NCBI RefSeq assembly: GCF_022045235.1
Contig: NW_027266308.1
Coordinates: 15,624,001 to 15,688,000 of the forward strand
Source: Haliotis cracherodii
Taxonomy: Eukaryota
Direction of reading: 5' to 3'
DNA: 64,000 nucleotides
Shown here piece after piece: positions 38,850-52,383 of this stretch. Each line of letters begins with the position of its first letter. Position 1 is the first letter of the stretch. Position numbers and translations under genes: made by a program. A model generated the notes under the pieces. The model searched no databases. It saw only the letters and a program-made list of their open reading frames with translations, and was not told the origin of the DNA.

Positions 38850-40049
38850 CAAAATACATAATGGCAGTATTGATAGTTATGAATAGTCAAGCGTTTATCC
38901 CCAAACAAATATTTTAATTAGACAGCTACTGACCATTATCTGTTGATTACAAACGAGACAGCTCAAGACGGTCATCTCAGACTTTGACACCGGTGAGAGC
39001 ACGTGAAACGTACCTAATTACAGATTTACCCTTCTGATTAGCTCACAATATCTTTATATTCAGACGCCCACAATGTCCCAACAGAAAGACCTGTTAAGAT
39101 CCCGTTAGGGAATAGGTGTTCAGTAACCCATGCTTGCCTATGGCGACTATGCTTGTCGTAAGAGGCGACTAACGGGATCGGGTGGTCAGGCACGCTGACT
39201 TGGTACATGTCATCGTATCCCACTTGCGTGGATCGATGCTCATGATATCCATCAGTGGACTGTCTGGTCCGGACTCGATTATTTACAGAACGTCGTCATA
39301 TTGCTGGAATATTGTGCGGCGTTAAACAACAAACATCGCATACGATGCCTAATTGACTCTTCCATCCTCATCTAATACTTTGAGCATAACATTACTTTGG
39401 AAGTGGGATCGACTTGCATTCATTCGCAAAAACTTAATTCAGTTATTCAGTACTTAACTGCCCTTATTTGCGTATTTATGACCATACAATGACGCCTTGT
39501 TTCCCCGAGAATAGCTTTAATTGCTGCAAATCTTCCCACACCAAGAAAACATTTGAAATAGCACGCTTGTATATATTTGTGTCTTGATATTAATATTTTA
39601 TATTTCAGAATCATACATCAATATTGGATCGATTTCACCGTCAAATATGTTACAAGCAGTCGAGAAATCTATAAATCTGGTTATTAATGAACAAATGAAA
39701 AACTGGCCCCATTGCCTGGCGTACTTGCATGGCAAGAGGTTTATGTATATAATTATCGTACTGATCGATCCTTTTTACAAGGAAACAAACAATCCAAAGA
39801 GAAGAAACCGGTCATCCCCGTTGGCACCAAGATAAACCTCCGAGATGGGAATCAAGGAAGCGAGGTCATCATGAACGCGGGTTACTAACTGGCTAAGGAT
39901 ATTGGTGCTGACTGCTATGTTGAGTGCTCGGTTCGCGACCACACGGGTTTAGAGAAGAGTTTTAGGCATGTCGTCTTCTCCACTCTGAGAGAACCAACAT
40001 TATCAAGAAGATGTTCAGACGCAGAAGTGCCTCTTTTGCAAATATTTAG
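38850..40049 (+). pseudogene. Pseudogene of the Rho-like family (C/D type)
   Basis: Promoter 38850-39087 is homologous to D. A SINE sits at the presumptive 5' UTR and exon 1 is absent. Exon-2 remnant about 39775-40049 reads KKPVIPVGTKINLRDGNQGSEVIMNAGY*LAKDIGADCYVECSVRDHTGLEKSFRHVVFSTL / RTNIIKKMFRRRSASFANI*, with TAA at 39886-39888 and deletions. Confidence 0.9.
39088..39333 (+). mobile_element. SINE family S1 inserted just downstream of the pseudogene TATA
   Basis: S1 consensus begins right after ..gtcccaacagaaa. Confidence 0.8.
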
Positions 40050-40779
40050 ATTCAACAGTCTGTTATGTGGACAAGGAAGAGGATACACTGCAAGCGTCAT
40101 GAAATATCTGATTATTGTAGCTATGTGAATGTCAAATTAAAATCACATCAACATGGAAGATATATGTTCGAAGAGGTTTAAACCCGATTGCACAGTTACG
40201 TTGACTTGCATCATGGCTGTCACCAAGTTGAGCAAAGAACTTTCAGACGAACCATCACTGTACAAATTCGTGCAAAAGGAAGAAGATGTAACACTTAATT
40301 GATACATGACATTTATAGCAAGGCTTTTAACATGTACAAGTCCGCCCTGGTTAAAATTGGTCCGCCCTGGTTACACCGTCACTCTAGTTCTAATGCAATA
40401 TGTTTCTCAGAACGGATTTCCTCAGTGCAAAAATCCTTGGTTTTAATGCCACCCATATTATAATGCCAATGCCAATGGGCTTTTTTAGAACAAACGTTCC
40501 ATTTCACTGATTATAATGCGAATTTGTTTTAAATTTTGAGATAACATTGGCAATGTATTTCTCCTTTCTAAATAATAAAAAAAATAATGGCATTGACTTC
40601 AGTTGTTTTCAAGTTTATCCTCACACACATTGAATTATTGATTAGTGCTGTTTATATAAACAGACAAAAACCCTTTCCGTATTCATAAGAAATCTCAGCG
40701 TGTCGATTGTACTATTGCCCTCCAATAACGTTGCGCTGTTATTAATGACAATATGAATTTCATATGATACTGCTTATAC

Positions 40780-40980
40780 TGGCCCGGAGAGAGGAAGGCC
40801 CGGGGTTCGATCACCGGCCGCGTCATACCAAAAGACGTAAAAAATGGTACTTGTTGTTACTTGTTGCTCGGCATTAAGGGGCTAAAACAAGGACTGGTCG
40901 ACTCAGGGTCAGTATACTGTGTCTGAGTGGGGTATTCATGTTAAACTGCTATCTCAGTGAGCTAGCACTATAAATCGGCA
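40780..40980 (+). mobile_element. SINE family S3 running into the gap
   Basis: ggttcgatcacc..gtcataccaaaagacg..aaggactggtcg..gagctagcactataaatcggca. Confidence 0.8.
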
Positions 40981-41147
40981 NNNNNNNNNNNNNNNNNNNN
41001 NNNNNNNNNNNNNNNNNNNNNNNNNNNNNNNNNNNNNNNNNNNNNNNNNNNNNNNNNNNNNNNNNNNNNNNNNNNNNNNNNNNNNNNNNNNNNNNNNNNN
41101 NNNNNNNNNNNNNNNNNNNNNNNNNNNNNNNNNNNNNNNNNNNNNNN
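40981..41147. other. Assembly gap (167 N)
   Basis: Run of n. Confidence 1.
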
Positions 41148-41639
41148 CTTGTCTGCATGTCTCCTCATGCGAAATATCTGCTGAAAGTAGAGTCCACCGG
41201 CAAAGAATACCATAAACATATGTTTATGAATCTTTATGGAAAAGTTATAAGTTTTTATAGTTGAGCAATTGACTTGCCCTTGCGTGTATTTGTGACAGGT
41301 GCGACGGACATGAACCGCTTACCTTTTCGCGAACAACTAGTATCATCACTATTTGACAATGGTCATGATAATAGCTGGAAGCGTGCAATGGACGCTGCTT
41401 TAAGCATATATTTCGTATTTCTTATTCTTATGGAAGTCTCTATATGGCTGAAATAATGCCGATGCGACATTAAATTTTAACTCACTCACTAACTATTGTT
41501 ATGGAAAGGATTTTGTCGATATTTATTTCAAATGAATGAGATGACCCGTTGTTAAATTCCCGATAGACACGTTTTCGGGTCGGAGGGAGAGCACTAAGGT
41601 CAAGTTGGACACGCTTGGCCTTGTTGTTAGCTTCCAATT

Positions 41640-42330
41640 TGTTCACGCGGGTCACAAACACAGATGTGTTCTTATGGGCCTTGCTTATCCTGTTCTTTAG
41701 CGATTAATGTCACCGCATCGGATGGTTGTTTGTCCGCAGTCCTACGTTCCATTGTTGCATCGTAATCCATCCACGTTGTACTCACATCGTCATAAAAACG
41801 CTTCACTATCTTTTCATCAGGACCTTCTTCCATGGCATTTTCCAAGTGTCTTGGACTTGATCCAGTGGTTATTGGCATGGGGATGCGGCTCCTCTCTCAT
41901 GTACTTGGGCATGGGGATTATAGGCCCGCGTTAGAAGCCTGTGTGAAGTGGAAGAAGCAGCCTGCCATGTCAGTGTCTGGACACACTACCTCATCTGCCC
42001 AGGGTGACCTGAGGTAACAGCTCTGTCCCAAGTCTAGTCTATGTGACGTTGTTCAGTAAGGTGGACAGCCGTGCGTAACTGTATCTTGAGCTGTCTTGTA
42101 ATAGAGCCATCATAGCTGTGAACTGCATACACTTTATCTAAAGGTTTCGGAAAGACATATTATGTAACATTCATGTACCATGTTTCAGCCTCCTGAAACG
42201 TGTTGAGTATGTCTTCAGTAGCAGGCACAAGAAATGTGTCATTGTCGTCCTCATTCAAACATAGAAATGGATGTACAGCCTGTGTTTCTCATCGTCATGC
42301 AACTGCTGGATCGGAGTAACATTTTCTTAA
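41640..42330 (-). mobile_element. Second, highly decayed MULE transposase relic
   Basis: Minus-strand translation near 41930-41980 gives PDTDMAGCFFHFTQA, the MULE CxFH motif. Confidence 0.6.
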
Positions 42331-44159
42331 TCCTTCCCTTACAAAAGCACTGTTTAATTTGATAGACTAACATAAATGTTAAGCGTTTTTAACTCAAATT
42401 GCAGAACCCATTTTCTTTACTCATTACACAAGTTACGTAGCATCCTTGTTCCCTAAAATATACACTGTTCAGCTTGATATGTTAACAGAAAACATTATGT
42501 GTTAACAGATAGTATTCAGTGGAAATGCTACAACTGGAGAAGTCAATTTCTTTAGTCAGTAAACAAATAGATTCTATTCCAGTTAGCCTCTACTCTTCAA
42601 TACAAAGTAAACTGTCCCACCCAAGAGAAGAATGCAGGACTTTATGTTTGCTTTCCATTTTTAAAGGAAGGAAGATGCTAATGATAATGGCAATATTTTG
42701 TGACGCTGTAGATTTATTATTTTCAAATTTAAGGAAATCAGGTTATTTAAGAGTATTTGTTTCTCTGCCCTTTTCTGGCATAGCCTTATCCAAAACATTT
42801 GAAAAGGAACACACATTCATTTTGATTAATTTAATGAGAGTATTTCTTTAACCTTTCTGAATTTGCAAATAACATAACAACAACCCAACACCTCTGTTGT
42901 GTGGCAGTATGTAGTTGAAGCTAATTTCTTGTGATTGTTAGTGGAAGAAATTATGAACCGCTCATAAAATCTCGCGCCTTGGTAGTGGTTTGCGACACAC
43001 AGAAGAGTTACTAGCCTTTGTAAAAACTGATCTGATTGTTTAAAGATGTCCCGTGATGCATCAGTTTCTAGGTTGGCTGAACCTATATAACAGAGAGACT
43101 TGTGTAATTCCTGGCCTTCTACGACATAGCGTGCGTCTTATCTGCTTACCCAACGGAAAACCTATCTGATTCTCATACAAGACATTCGACTGGAACAAAT
43201 TAAAGATATTCGTGTATGTAATTGTTGCTGCTTCCAATATTTTACCCATTTCATTGTCTTTTGTGATTGTAAACCTAATCATATGTGAATAAACTTGTTA
43301 ATTATTCATAAATCTTGTATCGTTATTTACTGATTTCACAACTTAGTTCTGTACATGCCGATTTCTGGGTTAAGCTTCGCGTTTCAACTTTGGAATCAAC
43401 ACGTATCACAACACGTATCCCTGAATGACACTCTACACTTACTTTACACTTTTCTTCGGAGTCCATGTAATGTTTTCGAAAATAGATTTAGTATTTGCGT
43501 AAATAATAGAATAAGTAGGTATTCTGTATGGATAATGTCAGACAGTGATTTTAATGGGAGATGTTATTTATTTACTTGCAGTTATGTTAGCTTAACATAA
43601 TGAATGCGCAAGAGAAAAACAGGCTCCACTGCCCGTAAATGGTTAAATTGTAGTCAACATTACTTGAATTCTTCACTGAAAATCACAATGACACCAGGTG
43701 TTCGCGAAAATTGTACGCATGCCACCGGTTGGGCAGGATACTTTCACCTTTTCGCGAACACCTGGTATCATCACTATTTAATAGTGATTCCTAAACATAT
43801 GAAATCGTACAATCGAGTCGCCTTTTAGCATAGATTTCTTACAAATATGGAACATGTTTTTGTCGCTTTATTGCTCTACATGTAGCACGTGCCACTTGCA
43901 CGAAGAAACCTATTATCATGCCTATTTATCTTTGTATAAAGCCAGGCGTTTTAAAGAAGAGTTAAATGAAGGGGGTTTTTTTTAGACGAAAACTCAATTA
44001 ATGTCGTACACTTTTTGCGAATACCTGGTTGTCATCACTGATTTTCACAGTGATCCATTCACATCATTTTCACCGCTATTTTGACTTTTACATTAAATGG
44101 AATCGTCGGATAATCGAAAATAGTTAATCTCTGTCAGTTGACGTTTAATATATACCATC

Positions 44160-44465
44160 CACTAATTTCACACAATCCAAATCCAACAAAGCTAACCCAT
44201 TCGTTTGATTCTACCAATCAGACGTATATACCTAACTACTGAATTAGCCAAGTGCAAAAACAATATGCAGATTCCCATTTGTGATTAGTCATGCCATCGT
44301 CAGACAACTATTTTAATTAGACAGCTACTGATCCTTGTCTGTTGATTCCAAACGAGGCGGTAATCTCTGATTCTGACACCGATGAGGTCATGTCATGCTC
44401 GCTGAATTAAAAGTAACGGGAACATATTCATATATAAAGGCGCCCATATTGTTCCAACAGAAACG
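44160..44465 (+). promoter_or_regulatory. Orphan copy of the C/D-type promoter with no downstream GTPase exon
   Basis: Aligns with 28140-28380, 33010-33330 and 38905-39087 (taattagacagctactgatc..gttgatt..aaacgag..gacaccg..TATATAAA at 44431-44438..gcgccca..ccaacagaaacg). Confidence 0.7.
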
Positions 44466-46127
44466 AGTCACAGATTTAGAACTGAGACCGCTCGTTATTA
44501 GTTTTAAACCTCATTTCACGTCTTGTCTTTTCAATAATCGTGTGAAAAGCTAAAGATGCAAATACTGTGAAACATTTTTCTGCGATGGGGACCTCCTACA
44601 ATGACTTATGTTCACGTAACCTTGTTTACGTTCTGTTCGGTACAGACAAACCGCAATTGACAATCTAAATCAGTTTAAATCAAAGGCAACAAAACAAATC
44701 ATTTCACATGTATCTGTGCTAAACACTCACACAAAATTTGTGCCGTCACCAAGTTTCATTGTAAAATCGTTTTTATCACTTGTGTATGCCTGGCAAGGTT
44801 CTATCGATGGTTGACGTGTCTGGCGGATCAAAGGTTGAGACGTCAGTAGCAGTGGAACTAGTCACATTAGGGTCTTGATTTTCTCTGAACGATTGAGTCC
44901 ACTGTCACCGACATTTCCATTAAAGTACTCTGATAAAAGAAAAGACTGTTTTGCTTGAATTCTATATCTATAACACATTCTTCTTTTTTTCTGCTCGTCA
45001 ATTTAGTGTGAGTACAAGGATCGCCAGTCTGCTTGCACACCACCTATCTTCACTGCATATAGAAGTAGTATCGACTATGAAACTTGGGGCTTCGAACCCA
45101 GGGATTGTTGGTCCAAACTCAGACGATATTCAACATGCCAGACGCCACACTAACAAAGATGTGGGAAATAAAACAATAATCATCGTTTATAGCTTGAAAT
45201 TTCGAACGGAAGCCGATTTATGCGTTTATGCCTCTTCGACAATTAGCTGTTTATCTACTCCGCAGTCGCAACCCTGAGTAGCTCTCAGTGAGGAATTTGT
45301 GCAAAATCAGCCAAACCCAGCGGTCTTACAGTGACGGGTAACAGTTGACCGGAATGGATAGATCCCAAAGGCTGCATGAGCATATCAAACCTTGCCGGTG
45401 TGACATTGAAATGGACCCGCGTTGAAAAGTGACCCAGAAGTCAGTATTCAACGTTGAAAACATACCCGGTCTCACTTTTCAACAGAGCAGGGTGAAATTT
45501 CAACAGTTGAAAAGTGACCCTGTCAGCTTACCAAGTCGTTAAATAGTGACCCGGGCCTCGCGTTGAAAAGTGACTCCGTTGAATTATGACTTGTGGTTTA
45601 TTCTGCTGACCAGAAGACTCTTTATAGCATGTCTAAATTGGTGCAAATATTTATCAGTGTGTTCGGGATGAGGGTTGGAGGTGACACGCATTTATAGGCA
45701 TGTGTTAACGTATACATATACAAATTGCCATGGTTCCTGGCTTTAGAAATGGTCGTCACGATATGCCTGAAATATTGCCGATGTGACGTAAAGCATTAAC
45801 TCACTCACTCAATCACTTTAGAAATGTCCAAAAATGTGTGTGCATGTACAGCTGTCCAGTTACTGCCTGTGCGTACGCTTGCACGTGTGTTATGTTTGTT
45901 TGATTGGGTTTTACGTGGCTTTGGGTAGTATTTCAACCCTAACGCCACGCTGGTTACAATGGGGCACCAGTCTTCGGGCTGAACGAAAGTGGCCCGGTGG
46001 GTGCATGTGTGTTAGAGCAAGTATGTGGGTGCAGGGTAGTATTATATATGTATGTATGTATGTGTGTGGGAGAGAGAGAGACACCTACAATCTGGAAGCC
46101 GTAAATAGAAAGAGGCACACCGAAAGC

Positions 46128-46480
46128 GTTCTCAACCTAAAACGTCCCCATGTTCATGGTGGTGTTAGGAATATCGTTTAATGATTATATTTTCGAAGTG
46201 TTAACATGATGTCAAGTATATTTCAGTACACGAATATATAAATGTTGTAATTTGAGGTCATTCTGATATAATTATATTGATGCAAATACATATTGCGTTG
46301 GCACGCAAGTTGGTATATTTATATACAATCTTCATCCCCGTTATATTTCAAAATATAAAATCCCACTTCACAAACGAATAAACAATTCTGTGAGAAGTTA
46401 GTATCAATGAGATTAGTTAAAAAACACTAACATTAAAAGCACCATTCGCATTCGATGCATGGGGACGTTTTCGGTCGAAC
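46128..46480. mobile_element. Nested MITE
   Basis: Inverted ends tcaacctaaaacgtccccatg / catggggacgttttcggtcga. Confidence 0.55.
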
Positions 46481-47599
46481 TCAAAAGAAACCATTAAACT
46501 AATGCATGACAAAGGTCTGAAAGGACAGACTGCAAGTGTTACCAGCTACCAAAAGGACGTGCCCACAACGTTGTAAGAACATTACTTTGTTTAAGCAAAG
46601 TGGCATCCAACGTTACCCTCAACGTGACGTTGTCGTAATATTGCTACAACGTATTAAAGCAGCCAACAAGTCGAACGTTGCACAGACGTTGCATGGTTCC
46701 ACGGAAACGTTCTCGTGACATTACTGGGAGTCTACATAGTAACCAAATAGTAACCTACGAATGCAACGTTGCCAGGGGGTGTTAACTGGGTAATTAGCAT
46801 CTCTGTTGGAAGGGTGGATCACATCATCATCAGGATTAGGAATAACAACGGTTTATGCAAGGCGGGTGAAGCAAATCAGAAATGCATAGTTTTGTATTAT
46901 AAACCCTAGAAGTTTCTGATCACATATGTTACATTGACCACTACCATCATTTGCAACTTGAAACAAAAGTGCAGATCGAGCGATGGCGGCACCAGACTCG
47001 CCAACAGCAAAATTCCAAGTTTGGTTTCAAAAGATTAAACTTTTTTACTATTTCTGAAAAGGTCAAACACTTAATAGATCACACAAAGGTAAAGATCAAA
47101 GACACATCTGCATACTATAAGCATTTCAAGATAAGAAAGCTGAAAACCTGACCAAAAGGGCAATGTTCTATTAAGTCAGTGAACTGTTTCCGTATGGGTG
47201 TGGCAATGAAGGCAACTCTTCGAAAAAACACAAAATCAAAGCGATTGAACTCGTTTAAAAAATTGACAATGATGTTACACTTTACACAATTCCTATAAAA
47301 TACTATTTTAATTGTGGAAAGTGATGTGCGCAATTAAATGAAAAGAAACAAAACCAGCACTATTTCAAAAACTTCAGTAAATTGTAGTAACATCCATGCA
47401 CAGTGAATTTTAGAAATGTGGACATTATCAAATGCTTTGAGCCTAAAACACTTGTAATAAGTAGATAACGACGAGCATTCTCTACCACATTCTCTACCCA
47501 AATGCTAGTACTTGTTCTAGATTGTCTAACAAGAAAACGCACCAGTACACGCCAGCTGGATTGTGATGGATGCTTTTCTTGAACGTGGGTTCGACCTGT

Positions 47600-47848
47600 G
47601 ACCTACAGATCTAGCCCCCAGTGATTTCCACTTGTCCCCTCAATTGAAAAAGCACCTGCGGGGTTGAAGATTTGAGTACGGCAACAATTGACTGCTGGAC
47701 TTCTCTATATCGGACATTAATGATTGGAAAACCATATGGAACATGTGTGTGAAACTGGAAGGGGACTATGTTGAAATATAATTGTAAGTTTAACAAGAAT
47801 TTCAACATTAAGTGAGTGAGGCTCAAAACGTTTTGATATCCGCTCGTA
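47600..47848 (+). mobile_element. mariner 3' fragment
   Basis: TDLAPSDFHLSPQLKKHLRG*RF (mariner SPDLAPSDY/F motif) and CVKLEGDYVE; ends ..ttttgatatccgctcgTA. Confidence 0.75.
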
Positions 47849-48429
47849 AAAGTACTTTGTTTATTACTTAAATCTTAACAAAAATGAAGATTGAAATGTA
47901 GCTTGGTTTTTGATTGTATAGTTTTGGCCAGTATATCTTGAATCTTTTTTTTTCCCGTTTTAATAAAACATTAAACGCCCCCACCCTTCCCTCTACCGCA
48001 CTCAAAAAGACATACATATACGTAAAACAACTGATGCAAGCTGGCAGATACGCATTCAGAAACACCCGGATAAAGACACTAAAAAGATTTCATCGATTGT
48101 AACATTAAATCTTTTTATTTACACTAGAAGTCACAATTCATCGGAGTCACTTTTCAACGCGAGGCCCGGGTCACTATTCAACGACTTGGTAAGCTGACAG
48201 GGTCAATTTTCAATTGTTGAAAACTGACCCTGCTCTGTTGAAAACTGAAACCGGGTATGTTTTCAATGTTGAATACTGACTTCTGGGTCACTTTTCAACG
48301 CGGGTCCATTTTCAATGTCACACCGGCATTATATCGTAATGAGAATCTCCCACGTGTATATCACAATTCATAGAGACAATGGTAAGATTCATTACTGAAA
48401 TATTATATATTATTCACAATTTTAGTTGT

Positions 48430-48850
48430 TAGACAATCAAATTTACCCCCAATGACATGTACTTCCCATACAGTTTGACGAGATATTTTTCAAGGCGATC
48501 CTCATTACTGGAGACGACCCGCGTGTTTCCTTTTAATCTTTCAACTGCTTTTCGCAATTTTGACGTCGACAGCTGTAACTTTGATTTGGAACCACTGTGT
48601 AGATATCTGTGTTGATCCCCTGACCTAAGAGCAAAGTTCAACCCGATAAAGTAGATGAGGGTATCCCAGAGCGTATGTGGTGTATCTTATCCAAGTTCTC
48701 ATCCGAGTTTACCTGTCTCCCAATGTACATCTTCCTCCTGTTCAGTGACGACATCCGCTCGTCTCTATCTGCTCCTATCCCCTTCCAAGTTTATAAGTAC
48801 ATCTTAACATCAAGAACCGATCGCACACCGTGTAACAAGATGACTCAAAG
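48430..48850 (-). mobile_element. Crypton-like tyrosine recombinase (DUF3504-type) relic
   Basis: Minus strand reads ..LG*DTPHTLWDTLIYFIGLNFALRSGDQHRYL.., resembling the F(G/A)LRGxxEHR motif of the Crypton-derived DUF3504 domain. Confidence 0.55.
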
Positions 48851-49077
48851 AAATTGATGACAACCCCTTCGTGAGAAATACTGAAGAGAAGACAGCATTT
48901 GATAAAGAGTATTACCACGGTACTCTTCACGCGTTTGGTTTCGAACCCCAGTCAGAAATAACATCAATGGTCTGTTCATGTTTGTTGTCAGCTAACGACT
49001 CTATGTCATTGGAATTACTGCGATTTGTGCCTCTCAACATACCAAGTGTGCCACATCGGATTCGGGAAGGTTCAATT

Positions 49078-49375
49078 GTTTGTTTGTTGTTTAACGCCGC
49101 ACTCAGCAATATTCCAGCTATATGACGGCGGTCTGTAAATAATCGAGTCTGGACCAGACAATCCAGTGATTGACATCATGACCATCTATCCAATCAGTTG
49201 GAATACGATGACACCAGACAATCCAGTGATTAATATCATGTGCATCGATCCACGCAACTGGGATCGATGACATGCATCAACCAAGTCAGCGAGCCTGACC
49301 ACCCCATCCCGTTAGTCTCCTTTTACGGCAAGCTTGGTTTGCTGAAGATCTATTCTAATCCGGATCTTCACGGGT
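49078..49375 (-). mobile_element. SINE family S1 with internal duplication
   Basis: Reverse complement of S1; ccagacaatccagtgatt occurs twice. Confidence 0.8.
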
Positions 49376-49783
49376 TGGTTCGGGAAGGGGATTACTACCA
49401 GGCAGAGACGTTTTACTTTCTAGATATGTTGCTAACTACGTTACCAATACAGCTTTCTGAACACTTTCAGTGTTACCTTTATACGAATAAAGTATCTAGG
49501 AATTACGTGAATATAACATTCTCTCAGATACATGTGTGTCAATACTTCCTCTTTTTACTATCCCCTGAGATCATCAAATACATCCTGACGTGCATTACAC
49601 ACTTCGGTGTCAGTGTTCTCATCAGACAATAATATGCTTAGTTAAACATTCTGACATTAATCGTCTTCAGAGTTATCCGTGTAAAGTAAAATTTCGAAAT
49701 CTGAGTTGACAACCAATCAATCTGTATTCTGAGTCCTAAATAATTCATCACCTGTCCACATTCCGACATGTTGGTTCCGATAC

Positions 49784-49948
49784 GGGCGGGCGGGTAGCCT
49801 AGTGGTTAAATCGTTCGCTTGTCACGTCGAAGACCCGGGTTCGATTCCCGACATGGGTACAATGTGTGAAGCCCATTTCTGGTGTCCCCCGCCGTGATAT
49901 TGCTGTAATATTGCTAAAAGCGGCGGAAAACCATACTCACTCACTCAC
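49784..49948 (+). mobile_element. tRNA-derived SINE family S2 with TSD
   Basis: A-box TAGCCTAGTGG, B-box GGTTCGATTCC, (CACT)n tail. TSD TGGTTCCGATAC at 49772-49783 and 49949-49960. Confidence 0.9.
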
Positions 49949-50649
49949 TGGTTCCGATACGGTCGTCACAGAAAGACTTGACCTAATTTCCATGACCCGT
50001 GCACATGTTGCCCTCCAGTAGTTAGCACGTGCGATGCTCCGTTTCAGCGGATCGATCAGCTCAACACATTTGCTCGAAGATGTGGTGATAAACGTGACCT
50101 CCATAGGCTGGCTCAGTAATTGTGTGAGTACATAAGACTGATAGACAATTTTGGAGAGTGTTTTGTTTTCATTGGGATAATGCCCTCACCTCGCCAACAA
50201 TCTGCCCCATGTGGGGAACTTATCGCGAGTTTGTATACATTCCCCTTCACACAAGTGTTTTACAATCAAGATGACGCAATCTAACCTTTTAATTGAAAGA
50301 ATAAAGAGGTACGTGTGTTTTCTACTGCGCTAGGCGTACTTCTCAACAACAGCAGTAGATTGACGTTGCTATAGAGACCTATAGATACACCACTTAAAGC
50401 ATTTACAGGTTTGCATAAGTAATAGTATTTAACTTTGTAAATTATTTAACCACAGGATATAACGTTCATCTATAAGAAAGCATAATAAGTTCTGTATGTG
50501 AGTGCATCGCTATGTGTTGCATACGATAGATAGCTTGGGAATATATTCTGGTCCTGTCCCTGGCCATGCCGTACCATGTAGGTTAAAAGATAACACTTGT
50601 TGCTATCCTGCATGACGCTCCGTATTAAAGGGATAAAACAACACACACC

Positions 50650-50656
<7 letters not shown>

Positions 50657-50689
<33 letters not shown>
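50657..50689. repeat. (CA)n microsatellite
   Basis: Seen directly. Confidence 0.95.
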
Positions 50690-50691
<2 letters not shown>

Positions 50692-52383
50692 AATGCATTT
50701 TGCTATATAAGTGCAACTCGACGATAAACCCAATTTCACCTCACAACATATGTTTAGAAACCCTTTCAGAAGTCATCGTACGTTGACGAGTGATACAATG
50801 TGGAACTTGGAAAATAACTCATAATTCGTTTTTAATTTTTATTAATTGTATTAATTGTCTTGAAAGGTATAAAACCATATTTGAATTTTAACATCTAACA
50901 TCCCATATCTGTAAACGCAAATTTGTTATCAACAAATCACTATTTCATTTTCAAACCCAATCTGAGTTGTGACTGGCCGTGAGTCATGTGGGACTACTTG
51001 TGATCTCATGGCACAAACAACACTCGAGGACATGAGAGAGTTGGTGGCCATGAGTCCACGGAACACGTTTACTTGAATCGATTGTGCTCAAGGACGACAG
51101 TCACTGCCAACGGATTATGTGTTAATTTGGGAATAAATCTTGGCTTTTTTCATCATATGATCTAAAAAAGCCCCAAATAGATAAAAAAAAACCGTTCATT
51201 TATCAATACGAGCAAGCATATTTCAGTTATATAACGGCGTGTCAGTTTAATGGCCTAGGCGAGACTAAAATTAAGCAGGTCGTAGATGTATACTTCCTCG
51301 GCGGCAGCACGTGGCACTGGCAGATCAAGGATCATAATCAAAACGAGTATTGGATTTGAACTGACAATATACGGATCCTGTCACGCGGCAACACGACCAA
51401 CGTCTTAGACCTCTGCGTCACTGACAAATAAATGTATCATATGTCATGAGCAGGATAGAGACAGCCAACAAAACATGTGTACCTGGATTCAAGTGTCATA
51501 AACACCGTATACCTCTATACTCTCCTGCCATTTTTTCAATGTATCTGTTTTGCCTCAGTAAGAAGTTACAGGGGTAAATTGAGAAACTGGCGCTCCTTAT
51601 GTGCTCCTTAAATAACTGTCAGTGATAGCATTAAGAGGATCAAAGAAGTGGGAATTGTTTCGATTTAACCCATGAACACTTGTAGACATTCGCTAGTGAT
51701 AGGAGTCGTTTGCAAAATATGTGACCAATTCATCATGGAAATATCCCGAGACCATACGGTGAATGTGCTTATGTACTCTCGAGAAAAGATTAACTAGTTC
51801 TCATCGCGATATTGCCGATGCGAAGTAAAAGTTTAACTCACGCACTCATTATGTACTCGTGGTGATAACAGTTTGATGGGGTTTTGTAATTGAGCGAGTG
51901 AGCTATATCAGCACCGTTCCCGTGCTCTTATACGTTTCAACACAGGACTTGAAAGATGGTCAGACATGTAGTGTTATGTTTGGAGCACGAATGATTATTA
52001 TTCGATTGGACATAGAAATCTCGCACAAACACTTCTTATATTCATTACCATCATTAGCATTTATTTCGTCAGGACCATTGGCGACCCATGATGACCAGTA
52101 TAGTTTGCTTTCTGCTGATCCTAGGGGCTGGTAACAAGTTCTGGACAATGTCGGAATCATTTGGTATTTCACTGAATCTTTCGCAGATGCAAGGTACAAC
52201 AATTGATAATTTATTGCTGAATACCTGTATATGATGCACCTCGCGGACTTCATGCCTGGGATAGTTGGTCTGTTCCTGATCACAACCCGTAAATAGAAAC
52301 TCCAAATCTGGAAGCGCGCCATCGTGTCATTGGATTATCTGGTCAAGACTCAATTGTTTACAAGCAGATAGTACGACACGAGT

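Larger units (their letters stand above)
45393..48328. mobile_element. Foldback-type non-autonomous DNA transposon with about 200-bp TIRs
   Basis: 45393-45592 is the reverse complement of about 48128-48328 (TGCCGGTGTGACATTGAAA..). The TIRs are built from repeated GTTGAAAAGTGACCC motifs. No clear TSD. Confidence 0.85.

Noticed and set aside
49784-49860. tRNA genes at 49784, 59103, 17085 and similar
   Set aside because: The tRNA-like heads continue into SINE bodies with simple-repeat tails and TSDs.
51960-52322. 120-aa minus-strand ORF as a host exon
   Set aside because: No recognisable domain, splice context or partner exons; left uncalled.
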